Below, piece after piece: positions 8,457 through 18,436 of a stretch of DNA of 64,000 nt. The first letter of the stretch is position 1. Each line of letters begins with the position of its first letter. Position numbers and translations under genes: made by a program. The notes beneath the pieces were generated by a model. The model was not told the origin of the DNA. It did no database searches and was given only the letters and a program-made list of their open reading frames with translations. The DNA lies in assembly GCA_965242525.1 (NCBI GenBank), contig OZ251459.1, forward strand, positions 3,040,001 to 3,104,000. The letters run 5' to 3'. This DNA comes from an uncultured Candidatus Binatia bacterium. Lineage in GTDB: Bacteria > Desulfobacterota > Binatia > UBA9968 > JAJDTQ01.

Positions 8457-11400
8457 CAGTTCTGTCCCATGGGAAAAGCGGCTCCGCCACCCATGCCGCG
8501 CCACCGCGCGTCGCCTCCGTCCGCCCCGCCCCCCGGCCGCGTTTCTCTCCCGCCCTTGTCACCGTCCTTCCGGCGCGGGCTTCCTCCGCGGCGCGGGCGG
8601 CGTTCAGTTCCAGGAGGCGGGCGAGGACTTCGTCGCGGGTTTCGTCGGGCCAGCGGTAGCGGTAGGGCTTCTTTCGGTTGCCCTGTCCTTCTTCGTCGAT
8701 GTCGTAGTCGAGGAGGAAGTCGCAGTGGGTGGCGATGTCCTGCCAGCCGTAGGCGTCGAGGACGGCGCGGTCCATGTGGGCGTGGAAGCCGCGGAGCTTG
8801 GCGATGTCGGGATCGTCCTCGTTGGGGTCGTGGAAACGGTTGTAGGTCTTGGTGAGCCCCTCGTCGTTCCTGACCATGAGGGCGGCGCGGAAGTCGTAGT
8901 ACGCCTCACCGGCGGCTTCGAGGTCGGGGCGGGTCTCCCACTGTTCGGGGAAGGGGAAGGTCTCGAAGCAGTCGGACGGCGAGTAGTTGATGTCGTCCTT
9001 CATTGTAGAGCTGAAGAACCTGGACCATATTCCATGAACATTCGATTGCAGGATACTAAATGCTGAGTAACGTCCGAGGGGAAATACAACCAACTTGTGT
9101 GAGAAAACCAAGCCCGTCGGAAGGAATACAAAGTAACTCGTGTTGCTCACAATTGGACAGACCAGAACTCGATTCAAGCGAACGACGCCCGAGTAAAGAC
9201 CGGGGCGTTTCTCAGCATAGTGCCACCAGCGTTCACGAAGCGCCTTTCGATTCTGGCCGTCGCGTTTCGGCTTCACCCGCTCCTCCACGATCGCCACCAA
9301 CTCCGGCCAGTCCTCTGCCACCGGATCCGGGTAGTCGTGCGGCACGACCGGCTGCCGCCGCAACTCCCGCCTCCGTTCTCCGTCCGTATCTGCCCATGAC
9401 GCCCCAACGCCCTCCCGTTCCCGGCGGAGCGGGTAGTCGTGAAAGTTGATGACATAGCGGTGGTAGGCATGCGTCGGGCTCGTGTTCACTTCCTCGCCTC
9501 CGATATAAGGGAAGATCGCCTCGCGGTTTCGCGGGTTCACTTCGATGAGCCGCTGCATCTCGGCCAGTGGCGAGGCGATCCCATCCGTGTCAGTGTCGTC
9601 GAAGGTGAAGCCTATACCGAGGACGAAACTTCCGATGAAGCCCTTTCCGGCATTCGCTGCCAGCCGCGCCGGGTCGCCGTGGCCGCCCCTGTGGAACAGA
9701 AACGCAGTAATCGTCTCGGCCGCCCCATCGTCCAAACGCTTCACCCCCGGAAACCGCCCCTTGAAGACGTGCAGCACGCTCACCACCACGGCCGCCAAGC
9801 CGGGCCACTTGACCCGGCGGCGCGCCCGGTAGATCTCGCCGCCGTGCTCGCAGATCCATCGCAACCCGGTCGAGCGCGTGTCGCCCTGGGCGATGGTGTT
9901 GGTGGCGATGAGGCCGAAGGCGCCGTCTTTGCGGACCAGGTCGAACGCTCGGCGGAAGAAATGGGCTACCAGGTCGGAGTTGCCGTGGCTTTCCGGGTGG
10001 ACCTGTTTGAGCCAGTCCGGGTAGCCGGGAACGTTGGCCGCCACGACCGTGTTCTTGCCCGCGAACGGCGGGTTCCCCACCATCGCGTCGAACCCCGGGT
10101 TCTCCCGCTCGAAGACCTCCGGGAACTCGACCTCCCAGTGGAACGGAGCGAGGGGCGGCTCGCCGTCCCGCAACTCTTCGAGCCAGCTTCGGTAGCGGTG
10201 CGCCTCGCCGCGCTCGACCGCATCGGCGACCTGCGTGCGCAGGGCCTCGCGCTCCTTCGGTTTCGCCTTTTCGAAGAACGCGGCTAGGACCAGGGCGCCG
10301 AAGACGCCCGCTTCGTCCAGTTCGTCCCGGGCGTCCTGCCACAACAGGCGCCGCTCCCGGTCGGAGACCTCTTCGCCGGCGTCCCGGATGCGTTCGCGGA
10401 GCGCCGCAATTTTCGCCAGGCGCTCCCGTATCCGCATGACCTCGAACCCGGCCTGGAACTGCGGAGCGTCCCCTTTCCAGTGGAACGCCTCGATCTGCGT
10501 GCGGGTGAGGCCCACCAGCGAGTCGCCGTGCCGCAGGGCGTGGTCCAGGAAGGTCAGGGGGTGGTCCCTGGCCAGAGTGATGAGCCAGAGCGACAGTTTG
10601 GCGAGGTCCACGGCCACGGGGTTGCGATCCACTCCGTAGAGGCAGCGTTGGGCGACCAGGCGGCGGGCGAACACCACTTCGTTCTCGTCGGGCGGAATCT
10701 CGGGTACGACGTCGTGGGCGCGCCATGAATCCACCAGGAGGTCGGCGAGTTGGCGGCAGGCTTCGACCAGGAAGGCGCCGGAGCCCATCGCGGGGTCGCA
10801 CACCTTGAGGTCGAGTATCCGTTCGGGCCGGGGCGCCTTGCCCCCTTCCGCGCGCAAGCGCTCCAGGATCGGTTCCAGGGTGCGGCGCACGATGGGTTCG
10901 GTCAACTCGCGGGGCGTGTAGTGCGAGCCGGAACTCCGCCGTTCCTTGCTCGGTTGCAGGATCATGGCGTGCGGAGGCGCCAAGTCCGGGGTCGCGTCCC
11001 CGTCGATGACGGGACCGAGGGCGGCGTGCAGGGCCTCCACGGTGTCGGCTTCGTGGACGGCCCGCTTCACCCGGTCGGTGAGCTTGCGGTCGGTGCGGTC
11101 CTGGACCCATTTGGCGCGTCCGGCCGGTGCTTCTCGCAGCAACGCCTCCACGTCCACGGTGGCGGGCGCGCCCCCTTTCTTCGCCGCCTTGATGGCCGCG
11201 GAGCGGCCGGACGCGGTCTCCAGCCGGAACCCCATCATGGTCTCATAGACGGAGCCGATGTGCTCCACGTCCAGGGCGCGGTAGGAGATGCGCTCGCCGT
11301 CCAGGACCATGAGCTTCTCCAGCACCCGGTAGATGGCGCCATCGGGCACCAGGGGCGGTTCGATCCCTTCGTGGACCTGCCGGGCGCCGCCCTGGCCTCG

Positions 11401-12644
11401 GCCCTCCAGGAAACGGTACCGGTCGGGGTCGAACAGGGCGCCGCGGCGCGGCGGCAGCGACATGCCGCCCGAGCGGGCGCCGTCGTGGACCATGCGGAAC
11501 AGGACCAGGAGTTGCGCGTACGCGCCGTAGCGCTGGTCCATGGTGTCCGGGTGCAGGGCCCCGCGTCTTCCCGCAGCCGCTGGTGCAGGCCGGCCAGCGA
11601 GTAGGCGCCCAGGAAGGTCTCGTCCTGGGGCAGCACGTCCCGTTCCTCCGCGTACAGCAGGAAGACCAGACGCAGCACGAGGGTGAGCAGGCCGCGGTAA
11701 ACCTCGTCTCGGTCCCTGTCCAGGGGCTCGCGGAGGAGTGCGCCCTTGGACGCGCCGTGGGCCGCCTGGAAACCGCGCAGCAACTCGTAGAGCGCGTGCA
11801 GCACCTGTTCGGCCAGGCGCTCGCTCACCTCGTTCTGGAACTTGCGGCTGCTTTCCAGCAACGCGGCCAGGCGCCGCGGGCGCGGCTGGGTCAACAGCCG
11901 CGTCTGGCCCAGCAGCAGACGCATGGCGGTGCAGATGGGCCGACCCGCGGTCTGCACCATCTCCGACACCCGGAAGTCGAGCCAGCCGGAACTTTCGCCG
12001 CGCGGCGCGGAGATCAGCCGGAGCGAGACGCCGTTGAAGAGCAGGCCCGCGGGCGCGCCGGTGTGCCGCAACAGGCGCTCCATGCGCCCGTGGGGCGAGA
12101 CTTCGAGGCCGCCCGTGCGAACCGCGCGGTCGAAGTCCTCGCCCGGCTCGCAGACCCGAACGAGGAGCTGCCAGAGGGAAGGCATATCGGAAGGCGCATC
12201 GGATACGGGGGTCGGATCTGGCCGGTACGCCGGCGCGCCCTCCCGCACTTCGAACCCGGCTCCTGCCGCGGGGACGTCCTGCAACGGCTCCGCGCGGACC
12301 GCGAAATCGGGGCGCTGGACCTCGCCGGAATCCCCCAGCGCCGCTTCGAGTTCCGGCGGGACCGGCGCCCCGTCCGTACCGGCGTAACCCCTGGGAGAGA
12401 AGCTCCAGCCGAGCACGGACCCGGCAAAGGCGCGGAAGTCCGGCAACCACGGCCGAGGCTCGTCCCCGGAGCGAAAGCTGCGCTCCTCCGTGCACTCCCG
12501 CAACAACCGCTGCCCCTCGGCGTCCCGCCGGTCCAGTATCGCCCCGGCCCTGACCAGCGCCGGCGCCGAGACCACCAGCCCCGTGGGCCGGACGAAGCCC
12601 AGCCATTCGAGATGGGCGGCAATGTGCGGGTCGGGATTGGCCAC
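8449..12644 (-). pseudogene. drmMI: DISARM N6-adenine DNA methyltransferase DrmMI with an apparent frameshift at ~11559-11562
   Basis: N-terminus (MANPDPHIAAHLEWLGFVRPTGLVVS...LREDAG) lies in ORF 11235..12644. C-terminus (ALHPDTMDQRYGA..., GSHYTP, DPAMGSGAFL, GNPPF, RWPDETRDEVLARLLELN) lies in ORF 8449..12891. The frames switch at a G4 run. Could be a sequencing error. Confidence 0.75.
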
Positions 12645-12660
12645 GAACCATCAGCCGGCG

Positions 12661-12762
12661 GTTGACATGAGGCAAGAAAAGGACGACAAAAGGAACATGC
12701 TTGCGCAAGCAACCCAATAGGCACTTGTTGACATGCGGCAAGAAAAGAACGACAAAAGGAAC
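12661..12762. repeat. Two 36-bp direct repeats (34/36 identical) separated by a 30-bp spacer containing a 14-bp palindrome
   Basis: GTTGACATGAGGCAAGAAAAGGACGACAAAAGGAAC (12661-12696) and GTTGACATGCGGCAAGAAAAGAACGACAAAAGGAAC (12727-12762); TGCTTGCGCAAGCA at 12698-12711. Confidence 0.9.
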
Positions 12763-12923
12763 CGAAGGGGTTTCATAAAGCAACTGGGGATGGATTTCAA
12801 ACGGAGAGACGGCAAGCAGAGGAAGGCTAGGCACGCTTATTGCTTCCCAAGTATGGAGAGAAGTGTTCCTCAACGATCCTTTCAGGGACACTCTTGCAGA
12901 GTCTAAGCAACAAAGGAAACGGT

Positions 12924-13163
12924 ATGAGCAATTTCAGGATTTATGGCGGCCGGCAAGAGTTGAAGGGCATGAACCTTTGGGACGCTTTCGCCGATGTGTT
13001 CACGCCACCGGAGAGCTTGAAGATGGCGCGCCTGGATTATGGGTACATGGCGCGACTCCGGGACCTCCGTCGCATCGGCGAAGACTTCCGCAAGGCCGAG
13101 GCGCGCCTTGGCCTTGAACGCTCATCCACAGAGTCCGTGAACCACCATGACCACGGAACGTGA
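12924..13163 (+). CDS. Small hypothetical protein upstream of DUF2335 gene
   Basis: ATG at 12924 with AAGGAA RBS; overlaps the start of the next ORF. Confidence 0.45.
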   Translation: MSNFRIYGGRQELKGMNLWDAFADVFTPPESLKMARLDYGYMARLRDLRRIGEDFRKAEARLGLERSSTESVNHHDHGT

Positions 13164-13671
13164 CCCCCATCCCCCCAAGGATGCTCAATCCGAGATCCAA
13201 CGGATATCCGATACCGACTCCGATACCGACCAAGACCTTGCCCGGCTTGTAGCGTCGTTATCGGACGACAAGAAAATCGAGCAGATCCTCAATTTACTGG
13301 AAGTCCGCATCGAAACTAAATTCTCGGCTTTCTCGGGACCTCTGCCGCGTCCGGAGGATTTCGAGAAATACAACGAGATCCTGCCAAACGCGGCTGACCG
13401 CATCCTGACCATGGCGGAGAAGGAACAGCAGATCCGCGAGGATGGTCAAGCCGGGACACTGGCCAATAACCGGTTGCTAGTCAACCGAGCGACGTTGTTG
13501 GGAGTTGGCCTCATCGTCGTAGCCGGCATTGCCACATGGTTGGGTCACACGGAAATAGCCTTGCCGTTGGGGCTTGTGGGGACAGTCGCCGCTCTTCTTC
13601 GTCAAATCATGGACTGGCTCGACCAACGCCAATCGAGGCGCCCTCCTTCTCCACCTGAAGAAACCGGATGA
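13147..13671 (+). CDS. DUF2335 membrane protein
   Basis: FSGPLPRPEDFEKYNEILPNAADRILTMAEKEQ followed by two hydrophobic helices. Confidence 0.85.
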   Translation: MTTERDPHPPKDAQSEIQRISDTDSDTDQDLARLVASLSDDKKIEQILNLLEVRIETKFSAFSGPLPRPEDFEKYNEILPNAADRILTMAEKEQQIREDGQAGTLANNRLLVNRATLLGVGLIVVAGIATWLGHTEIALPLGLVGTVAALLRQIMDWLDQRQSRRPPSPPEETG

Positions 13672-13691
13672 CCGCCTCCCGTTCGGGGCAG

Positions 13692-16600
13692 TCAGTTCGT
13701 CTCCGGCCACAGATAGACCAGTCCTACCGGCTCCACCCGTTGGGCGCGGACCTCGTAGAACTCCCGGATGCGGGCCGGCTCGCGTTCCAGGTCCCGGTCG
13801 AACCGGGCGAGGCGGCGGCGCCAGTGGCGCATGTCGGCTTCCAGTTGCCGGGTCTCCTCCGGGTCGAACTTCAGGGTGAGCTGCTCATAATCCGCTTCAT
13901 GCCGGGCCAGTTCCTCCACCACGCGCTGGCGCTGGCGTTGCAGCGTGCCGCGCAAGGTTTGGGCCTCGCCCCGGCCGCGCTCGGCCAACCGGCGGACGGC
14001 GTCCGCGGCCAACGCTTGGGCGCGCCGTTCGAGTTGCGGGCGGAGCCCTTCGATGTCGTCCGGGGCCGCGTCCAGCAGCCGGCCGCGGACGACCTCGTTG
14101 GGCATGGACGCATCGCCGGCCAGCGACTCTTCCAAGAGGCTCAGGGTGCGCGTCTCGGCCTCCCGGGCATAGGCCCGCAACGGTTCGGCGCGGCGGCCGG
14201 GCTCGGTCCAGCGGGCGGCCACCGGGACCACCTCTTCGTGCAGGCGCTCCGCCTGCCGGCCGTACAGGGACAGGCGGCCCAGCAGCACCACGCGGGGAAT
14301 GGAATCGCGGGTCTGCGCCAGGCAGGCCCGGGAAAGGTCGTGGTAAACGAACCCCTGGGCGCGGAACCGCGCCAGCAGCCGTTGGGCCACCCGCTGCTCC
14401 AGGTGCAGGTGCACCGTGTCCTCGTCCAGCAGGCCCGCGTCCTCGAAGACCACCGGACGAATCGGCGCGTCCCGGCGCCAGTCGGCGAGGTGTTCGCCGA
14501 GCTTGCGCGGGGCGCGGAGGGAATCCAGGGTGGCGGTCCAGCTCGGGTCCGCGGCCGCGCGCCGGTCCAGCCGCGGGAAGCTCCAGACCGCGCGGCCCCG
14601 GCCGTCCCGCGCTTCGGCCAGCCCCGGGGCGCCCAGCATCTCCAACGAGCAGGAGAGGGCCTCTCGAAACGGCTCCGGCTCGAACCCCACCCACGTGCGG
14701 GAGCGGTCCAGCAGGCTCCGGCAACGCTCAATCTGTTGCGCTAGGTCGTTCCGCCGCTCCCGGGCCTCCTCCAACTCCTCCGCGGTGGCCTGCTTCCGGT
14801 CCGCCTCCAGGTCCGCTGCCTCGATTTCCCGGCGCAGGGCGTCCGCGTCCCGGTGGCGGATGCCGTGGCGCAACCGCCGTTCCACGTCGTCGTCGATGAC
14901 CCTGGAGAGGCTGCCCAACTCCCTCTCGATGGTCTCCGTCTTGTTCACCAGCACTTCCAGCACCCGGTCTTCCGTCCGTTGCGGCAGCACGAAGTAGCGG
15001 CAGTTCACTTCCCTGGCCGGTTGCAGCTTGCGGTCGATGCGCCCGTTGCGTTGCTCGATGCGGCCCGGGTTCCAGGGCAGGTCGAAGTGGAAGAGGTCGG
15101 CGCAGTGGGCCTGGAAGTTCAACCCCTCCCGGGCCGCGTCCGTGGCGATGAGTATGCGCAACGGGTCTTTCGCGGGGTCGGCGTTGAAGCGGCGCTGGAT
15201 CTCCTGGCGCCGGGCGCCGCGGGTCAGGCCGTCGATGACCTCGATGCGCTCCTCGGCGCGGTCCGTGTGTTCGACGGCCCGTTCGAGCATCTCCCTCAGG
15301 TAGCGCTTGGTGCCTTCGCGGTTCTCCGTGAAGACCAGCACGCGGCGGCGGTTCCAGGCGGGCGCGGGACCCGCGGGACGGCGTCCGAACTGCGGCAGCC
15401 CCGGGCACTGGTTGTCGCGAATCCAGTCCACGAGGCGACGGGTCTTGGCGTCGGGCAAGTGGCGGGACTCCTCGGCGACCTCCTGCATCCGGTCGAGCAA
15501 CCGCTGCTCGCGCTCCCACAACGCCCGTTCCGCGCCCGCCGGTTCCGTCTCCGCGGCCAGGGTCACGGCTTCGACCTGCGCCCGTTCCTCGGCTTCGGCT
15601 TCCTCGGCTTCCCATCCCGCGCGTTCGTCGTCCGCGTCCGGAGGCTTCAGGAAGAGGCCCTCGTCCACAGGGGTCCGGGGCGGGGCGGCCGCGGGGTCAT
15701 GCTCCCTGGCCCAATGCCGCTCCACCGTGGCCCGATGCACCTTCAGGCTGCGGGCGAACGCCTCGGTGGAGGACAACAGGCGCTGCTGCAGGCCCACCGC
15801 CAGGAGGCCCGCCGCGGCCCGCACCTTGCCGGACGCGCCCGCATGCCGTTCCTCGCGAGCGGTGCGGTAGTCGTCGAGCAGGCGCGAAAGCTCGATCTCC
15901 GGCGCGTCCGGCGGCAGGCCGTCGACCACCAACCGCTCCACGTTGCGCTTGGGAAACTCGCCGCGGATTTCCCGGATGTCCTCCTTCAGCCGCCGCACCA
16001 TCACCTCTTCGAGGTCCCGCTTGCCGTGCACCTTCACGCCGCGGGTGAAGCGGTACGGGTCCAGCAGCTCCAGCAGCGTGGAAAAGCTGTTGGAGTGGCC
16101 GTTGTGGGGCGTGGCGGACAGGAACAGGCGGTGCTCGAACCGTCCCGAGAGGTCGCGGACCGCTCGCGTGAACCTGGTTTCGATGCCGTAGCGCCCGCCC
16201 GACGAAGGCGCCGCGTGGTGCGCTTCGTCGAGGATCAGCAGGCTGCCGGGCAGCATGGACCCCAGCCGCTCGCGCAGGGGGTCGGCGTACGCGGGGTCGA
16301 TGAGCAGGTTGTGGGAAACGAGGAAACGGCTGTGGGTGCGCCACGGGTTGACGCCGAAGCCCCGCTCCCGGCGCATCCGGGAGACGTAGGCGCGGTCCAG
16401 GACCTCGAACAACAGGCCGAAGCGGTCTTCGAGCTCGCTCTTCCACTGTTCGAGCACGGACGGCGGCGCCGCCACCACGATGGTCTTGACCTTGCGGCGC
16501 AGGAGCAGCTCCCGGGCCACGAGTCCCGCCTCGATGGTCTTGCCGAGCCCGGTGTCGTCCGCGATGAACAGGTTGGCGCGGGGGAGCCGCAGGGCCTTGC

Positions 16601-16979
16601 GGAGCGGCTCCATCTGGTAGGCGTCGATGCGGATGCCGGCCCGGAACGGCGCCTGGAACAGGTTCGGCTCGGTGGCGGTGGTGCAGTTCCAGCGCAGGGT
16701 GTGGAAGAACGCGGCGAAGGCCCGCGGCGAATCGAAACCCCTGGCGGCCAAGTCCGTCCAACCTTCGTCCGCCAGGATGCGCCGGTCGAGCTCGCAATCC
16801 CAGAAGACGGTGAGCGACTGCCCCTGGGCGTCGTCGTCCGCGCAGGCCAGCGCCACACGGGGCGAGCCGCCCTCGGCAGGCCGGACCACGTCCTCCACCA
16901 GCCATTGCCGGGAGCGCACCCGCACGAGGTCGCCCACCTCCGGGGCGCGTTCGGGCAGCGGTATCGTAGCGTGTTCCAC
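13692..16979 (-). CDS. drmD: DISARM SNF2-like helicase DrmD
   Basis: 1095 aa; LFIADDTGLGKTIEAG, DEAHH, LSATPHNG, ATDAAREGLN, DLPWNPGRIEQRNGRIDR, C-terminal RVEPVGLVYLWP. Confidence 0.88.
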   Translation of the reverse strand: MEHATIPLPERAPEVGDLVRVRSRQWLVEDVVRPAEGGSPRVALACADDDAQGQSLTVFWDCELDRRILADEGWTDLAARGFDSPRAFAAFFHTLRWNCTTATEPNLFQAPFRAGIRIDAYQMEPLRKALRLPRANLFIADDTGLGKTIEAGLVARELLLRRKVKTIVVAAPPSVLEQWKSELEDRFGLLFEVLDRAYVSRMRRERGFGVNPWRTHSRFLVSHNLLIDPAYADPLRERLGSMLPGSLLILDEAHHAAPSSGGRYGIETRFTRAVRDLSGRFEHRLFLSATPHNGHSNSFSTLLELLDPYRFTRGVKVHGKRDLEEVMVRRLKEDIREIRGEFPKRNVERLVVDGLPPDAPEIELSRLLDDYRTAREERHAGASGKVRAAAGLLAVGLQQRLLSSTEAFARSLKVHRATVERHWAREHDPAAAPPRTPVDEGLFLKPPDADDERAGWEAEEAEAEERAQVEAVTLAAETEPAGAERALWEREQRLLDRMQEVAEESRHLPDAKTRRLVDWIRDNQCPGLPQFGRRPAGPAPAWNRRRVLVFTENREGTKRYLREMLERAVEHTDRAEERIEVIDGLTRGARRQEIQRRFNADPAKDPLRILIATDAAREGLNFQAHCADLFHFDLPWNPGRIEQRNGRIDRKLQPAREVNCRYFVLPQRTEDRVLEVLVNKTETIERELGSLSRVIDDDVERRLRHGIRHRDADALRREIEAADLEADRKQATAEELEEARERRNDLAQQIERCRSLLDRSRTWVGFEPEPFREALSCSLEMLGAPGLAEARDGRGRAVWSFPRLDRRAAADPSWTATLDSLRAPRKLGEHLADWRRDAPIRPVVFEDAGLLDEDTVHLHLEQRVAQRLLARFRAQGFVYHDLSRACLAQTRDSIPRVVLLGRLSLYGRQAERLHEEVVPVAARWTEPGRRAEPLRAYAREAETRTLSLLEESLAGDASMPNEVVRGRLLDAAPDDIEGLRPQLERRAQALAADAVRRLAERGRGEAQTLRGTLQRQRQRVVEELARHEADYEQLTLKFDPEETRQLEADMRHWRRRLARFDRDLEREPARIREFYEVRAQRVEPVGLVYLWPETN

Positions 16980-17178
16980 GGCGAGGCCTCTCCAGGGGCG
17001 GGAGTATAGACGGACGGAGCGGCGATTTCATCCCCGCCATGGAACGGCGTCCGCCGGGGCCGCCCTTACACTGCCGCCCCGTTCTTGTTACATTTCCGTG
17101 GACTCGCGTGGATTCGCGGCGGCTTCGGAGGAGTCATCGGGGGAATCGCTGCGGCGCCGGGGACACCGGGGAGACGAC

Positions 17179-18171
17179 ATGGCAAAGGTGAACATCACGG
17201 TGGCCTGTTGGGACTATGACCGGACGCGCCCGCTGCAGGAGGGGCGCGTGCCCGTGGAGGGGGTCGAGCTGACCTACCTGCCGCTTCGGGTGGAGGAGAC
17301 CTTCTGGCGCATGCTGCGGTACCAGGACTTCGACGCCGCGGAGATGTCCATGGGGTCGTACCTCATGTCCCGGGACAAGGGGACGCCGCGGTTCGTGGCC
17401 ATCCCGGTCTTTCCGTCGCGGGCCTTCCGCCACTCCGGCATCTACGTGCACACCGGGGCCGGCATCCGGGAACCCGCGGACTTGGCGGGCAAGCGGGTGG
17501 GGGTGCCGGAATACCAGATGACCGCGGCCATCTGGATACGGGGCATCCTGGAGCACGAATACGGCGTCAAGCCGGAGGCGGTGACCTGGTTCACCGGCGG
17601 GGAGGAGCAGCCGGGCCGGGAGGAGAAGATCGCCCCGGACCTGCCCGGGAGCATCGTCGTCCGTCCCATCGGCCCGGAGCAGACCCTGTCCTCCATGCTG
17701 GAGAACGGCGACATCGACGCCCTGGTCTCGGCCCACATGCCGTCGCCCTTCGTGCGCCGCTCGCCCAGGGTGGTGCGCCTGTTCCCCGACTTCCCCGCGG
17801 TGGAGGAAGCCTACTTCCGCAAGACGCGGATCTTCCCCATCATGCACACGGTGGTCTTTCGGGAAGACGTGTTCGAGCGCCATCCCTGGGTGGCCCAGAA
17901 CCTGTACAAGGCGTTCTGCGAGTCCAAACGGATGTGCGCGGAGTCCGTGTACGAGTTCTCCGCCCTCAAGTACATGCTGGCCTGGTCCATCGCGGAGATG
18001 GAGCGGGAGCGGGAGCTCATGGGGGACGACCCCTGGCCCTATGGCCTGGAGGCCAACCGCCACGTGCTCGAAACCCTGGTGGACTACGCCCACGAGCAGG
18101 GCCTCATCAAGAACCGGCTGGAAGTCGATAGCCTGTTCGCGCCCAGCACGCTGAACGAGTTCAAGGTCTAG
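17179..18171 (+). CDS. 4,5-dihydroxyphthalate decarboxylase-like / periplasmic-binding-fold protein
   Basis: MAKVNITVACWDYDRTRPL..G.V..EG, FDAAEMS, IPVFPSRAFRHS, GKRVGVPEYQMTA, IFPIMH, DPWPYGLEANR. Confidence 0.75.
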   Translation: MAKVNITVACWDYDRTRPLQEGRVPVEGVELTYLPLRVEETFWRMLRYQDFDAAEMSMGSYLMSRDKGTPRFVAIPVFPSRAFRHSGIYVHTGAGIREPADLAGKRVGVPEYQMTAAIWIRGILEHEYGVKPEAVTWFTGGEEQPGREEKIAPDLPGSIVVRPIGPEQTLSSMLENGDIDALVSAHMPSPFVRRSPRVVRLFPDFPAVEEAYFRKTRIFPIMHTVVFREDVFERHPWVAQNLYKAFCESKRMCAESVYEFSALKYMLAWSIAEMERERELMGDDPWPYGLEANRHVLETLVDYAHEQGLIKNRLEVDSLFAPSTLNEFKV

Positions 18172-18274
18172 TACCCTGTAACAGTCATTCTGTCAGCAGG
18201 GATACAGCGCGAGACATGTTTCCCGTGCATGACGAGATGTTCCACGCCAGTGACTTGGTCACTGTTACAGGGTA
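18172..18274. mobile_element. ~103-bp MITE-like element with terminal inverted repeats
   Basis: GTACCCTGTAACAGT (18171-18185) and ACTGTTACAGGGTAC (18261-18275) are a perfect inverted pair, flanked by CTAG / CCAG; inserted at the upstream stop codon. Confidence 0.6.
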
Positions 18275-18276
18275 CC

Positions 18277-18388
18277 AGGAAACTCTGAACGATTGGCTCC
18301 GTTCGTCCTGAGCGTAGCGAAGCGAAGTCGAAGGACGCGCTTTCCCATGGGGAGAGGCGCCTCGATCCGGAATCGATCAGAGGTCCCT
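18277..18388. repeat. Composite MITE-like repeat carrying a REP-like hairpin
   Basis: Ends AGGAAACTCTGAACGATT...AATCGATCAGAGGTCCCT around CCGTTCGTCCTGAGCGTAGCGAAGCGAAGTCGAAGGACGCG. Confidence 0.7.
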
Positions 18389-18436
18389 ATAGCAACCCGC
18401 GTCCCGTGAAGTGGCGCGGGACCCTCCGAGGACGCC

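Noticed and set aside
12661-12762. Calling this a bona fide CRISPR array
   Set aside because: Only two repeats, no cas genes or leader evident, palindromic spacer; kept as a repeat and a finding instead.
11566-12891. N-terminal ~440 aa of the 1480-aa ORF as the true methylase N-terminus
   Set aside because: Low-complexity Arg/Gly/Ala-rich translation; the protein-like N-terminus is in the 11235..12644 frame.
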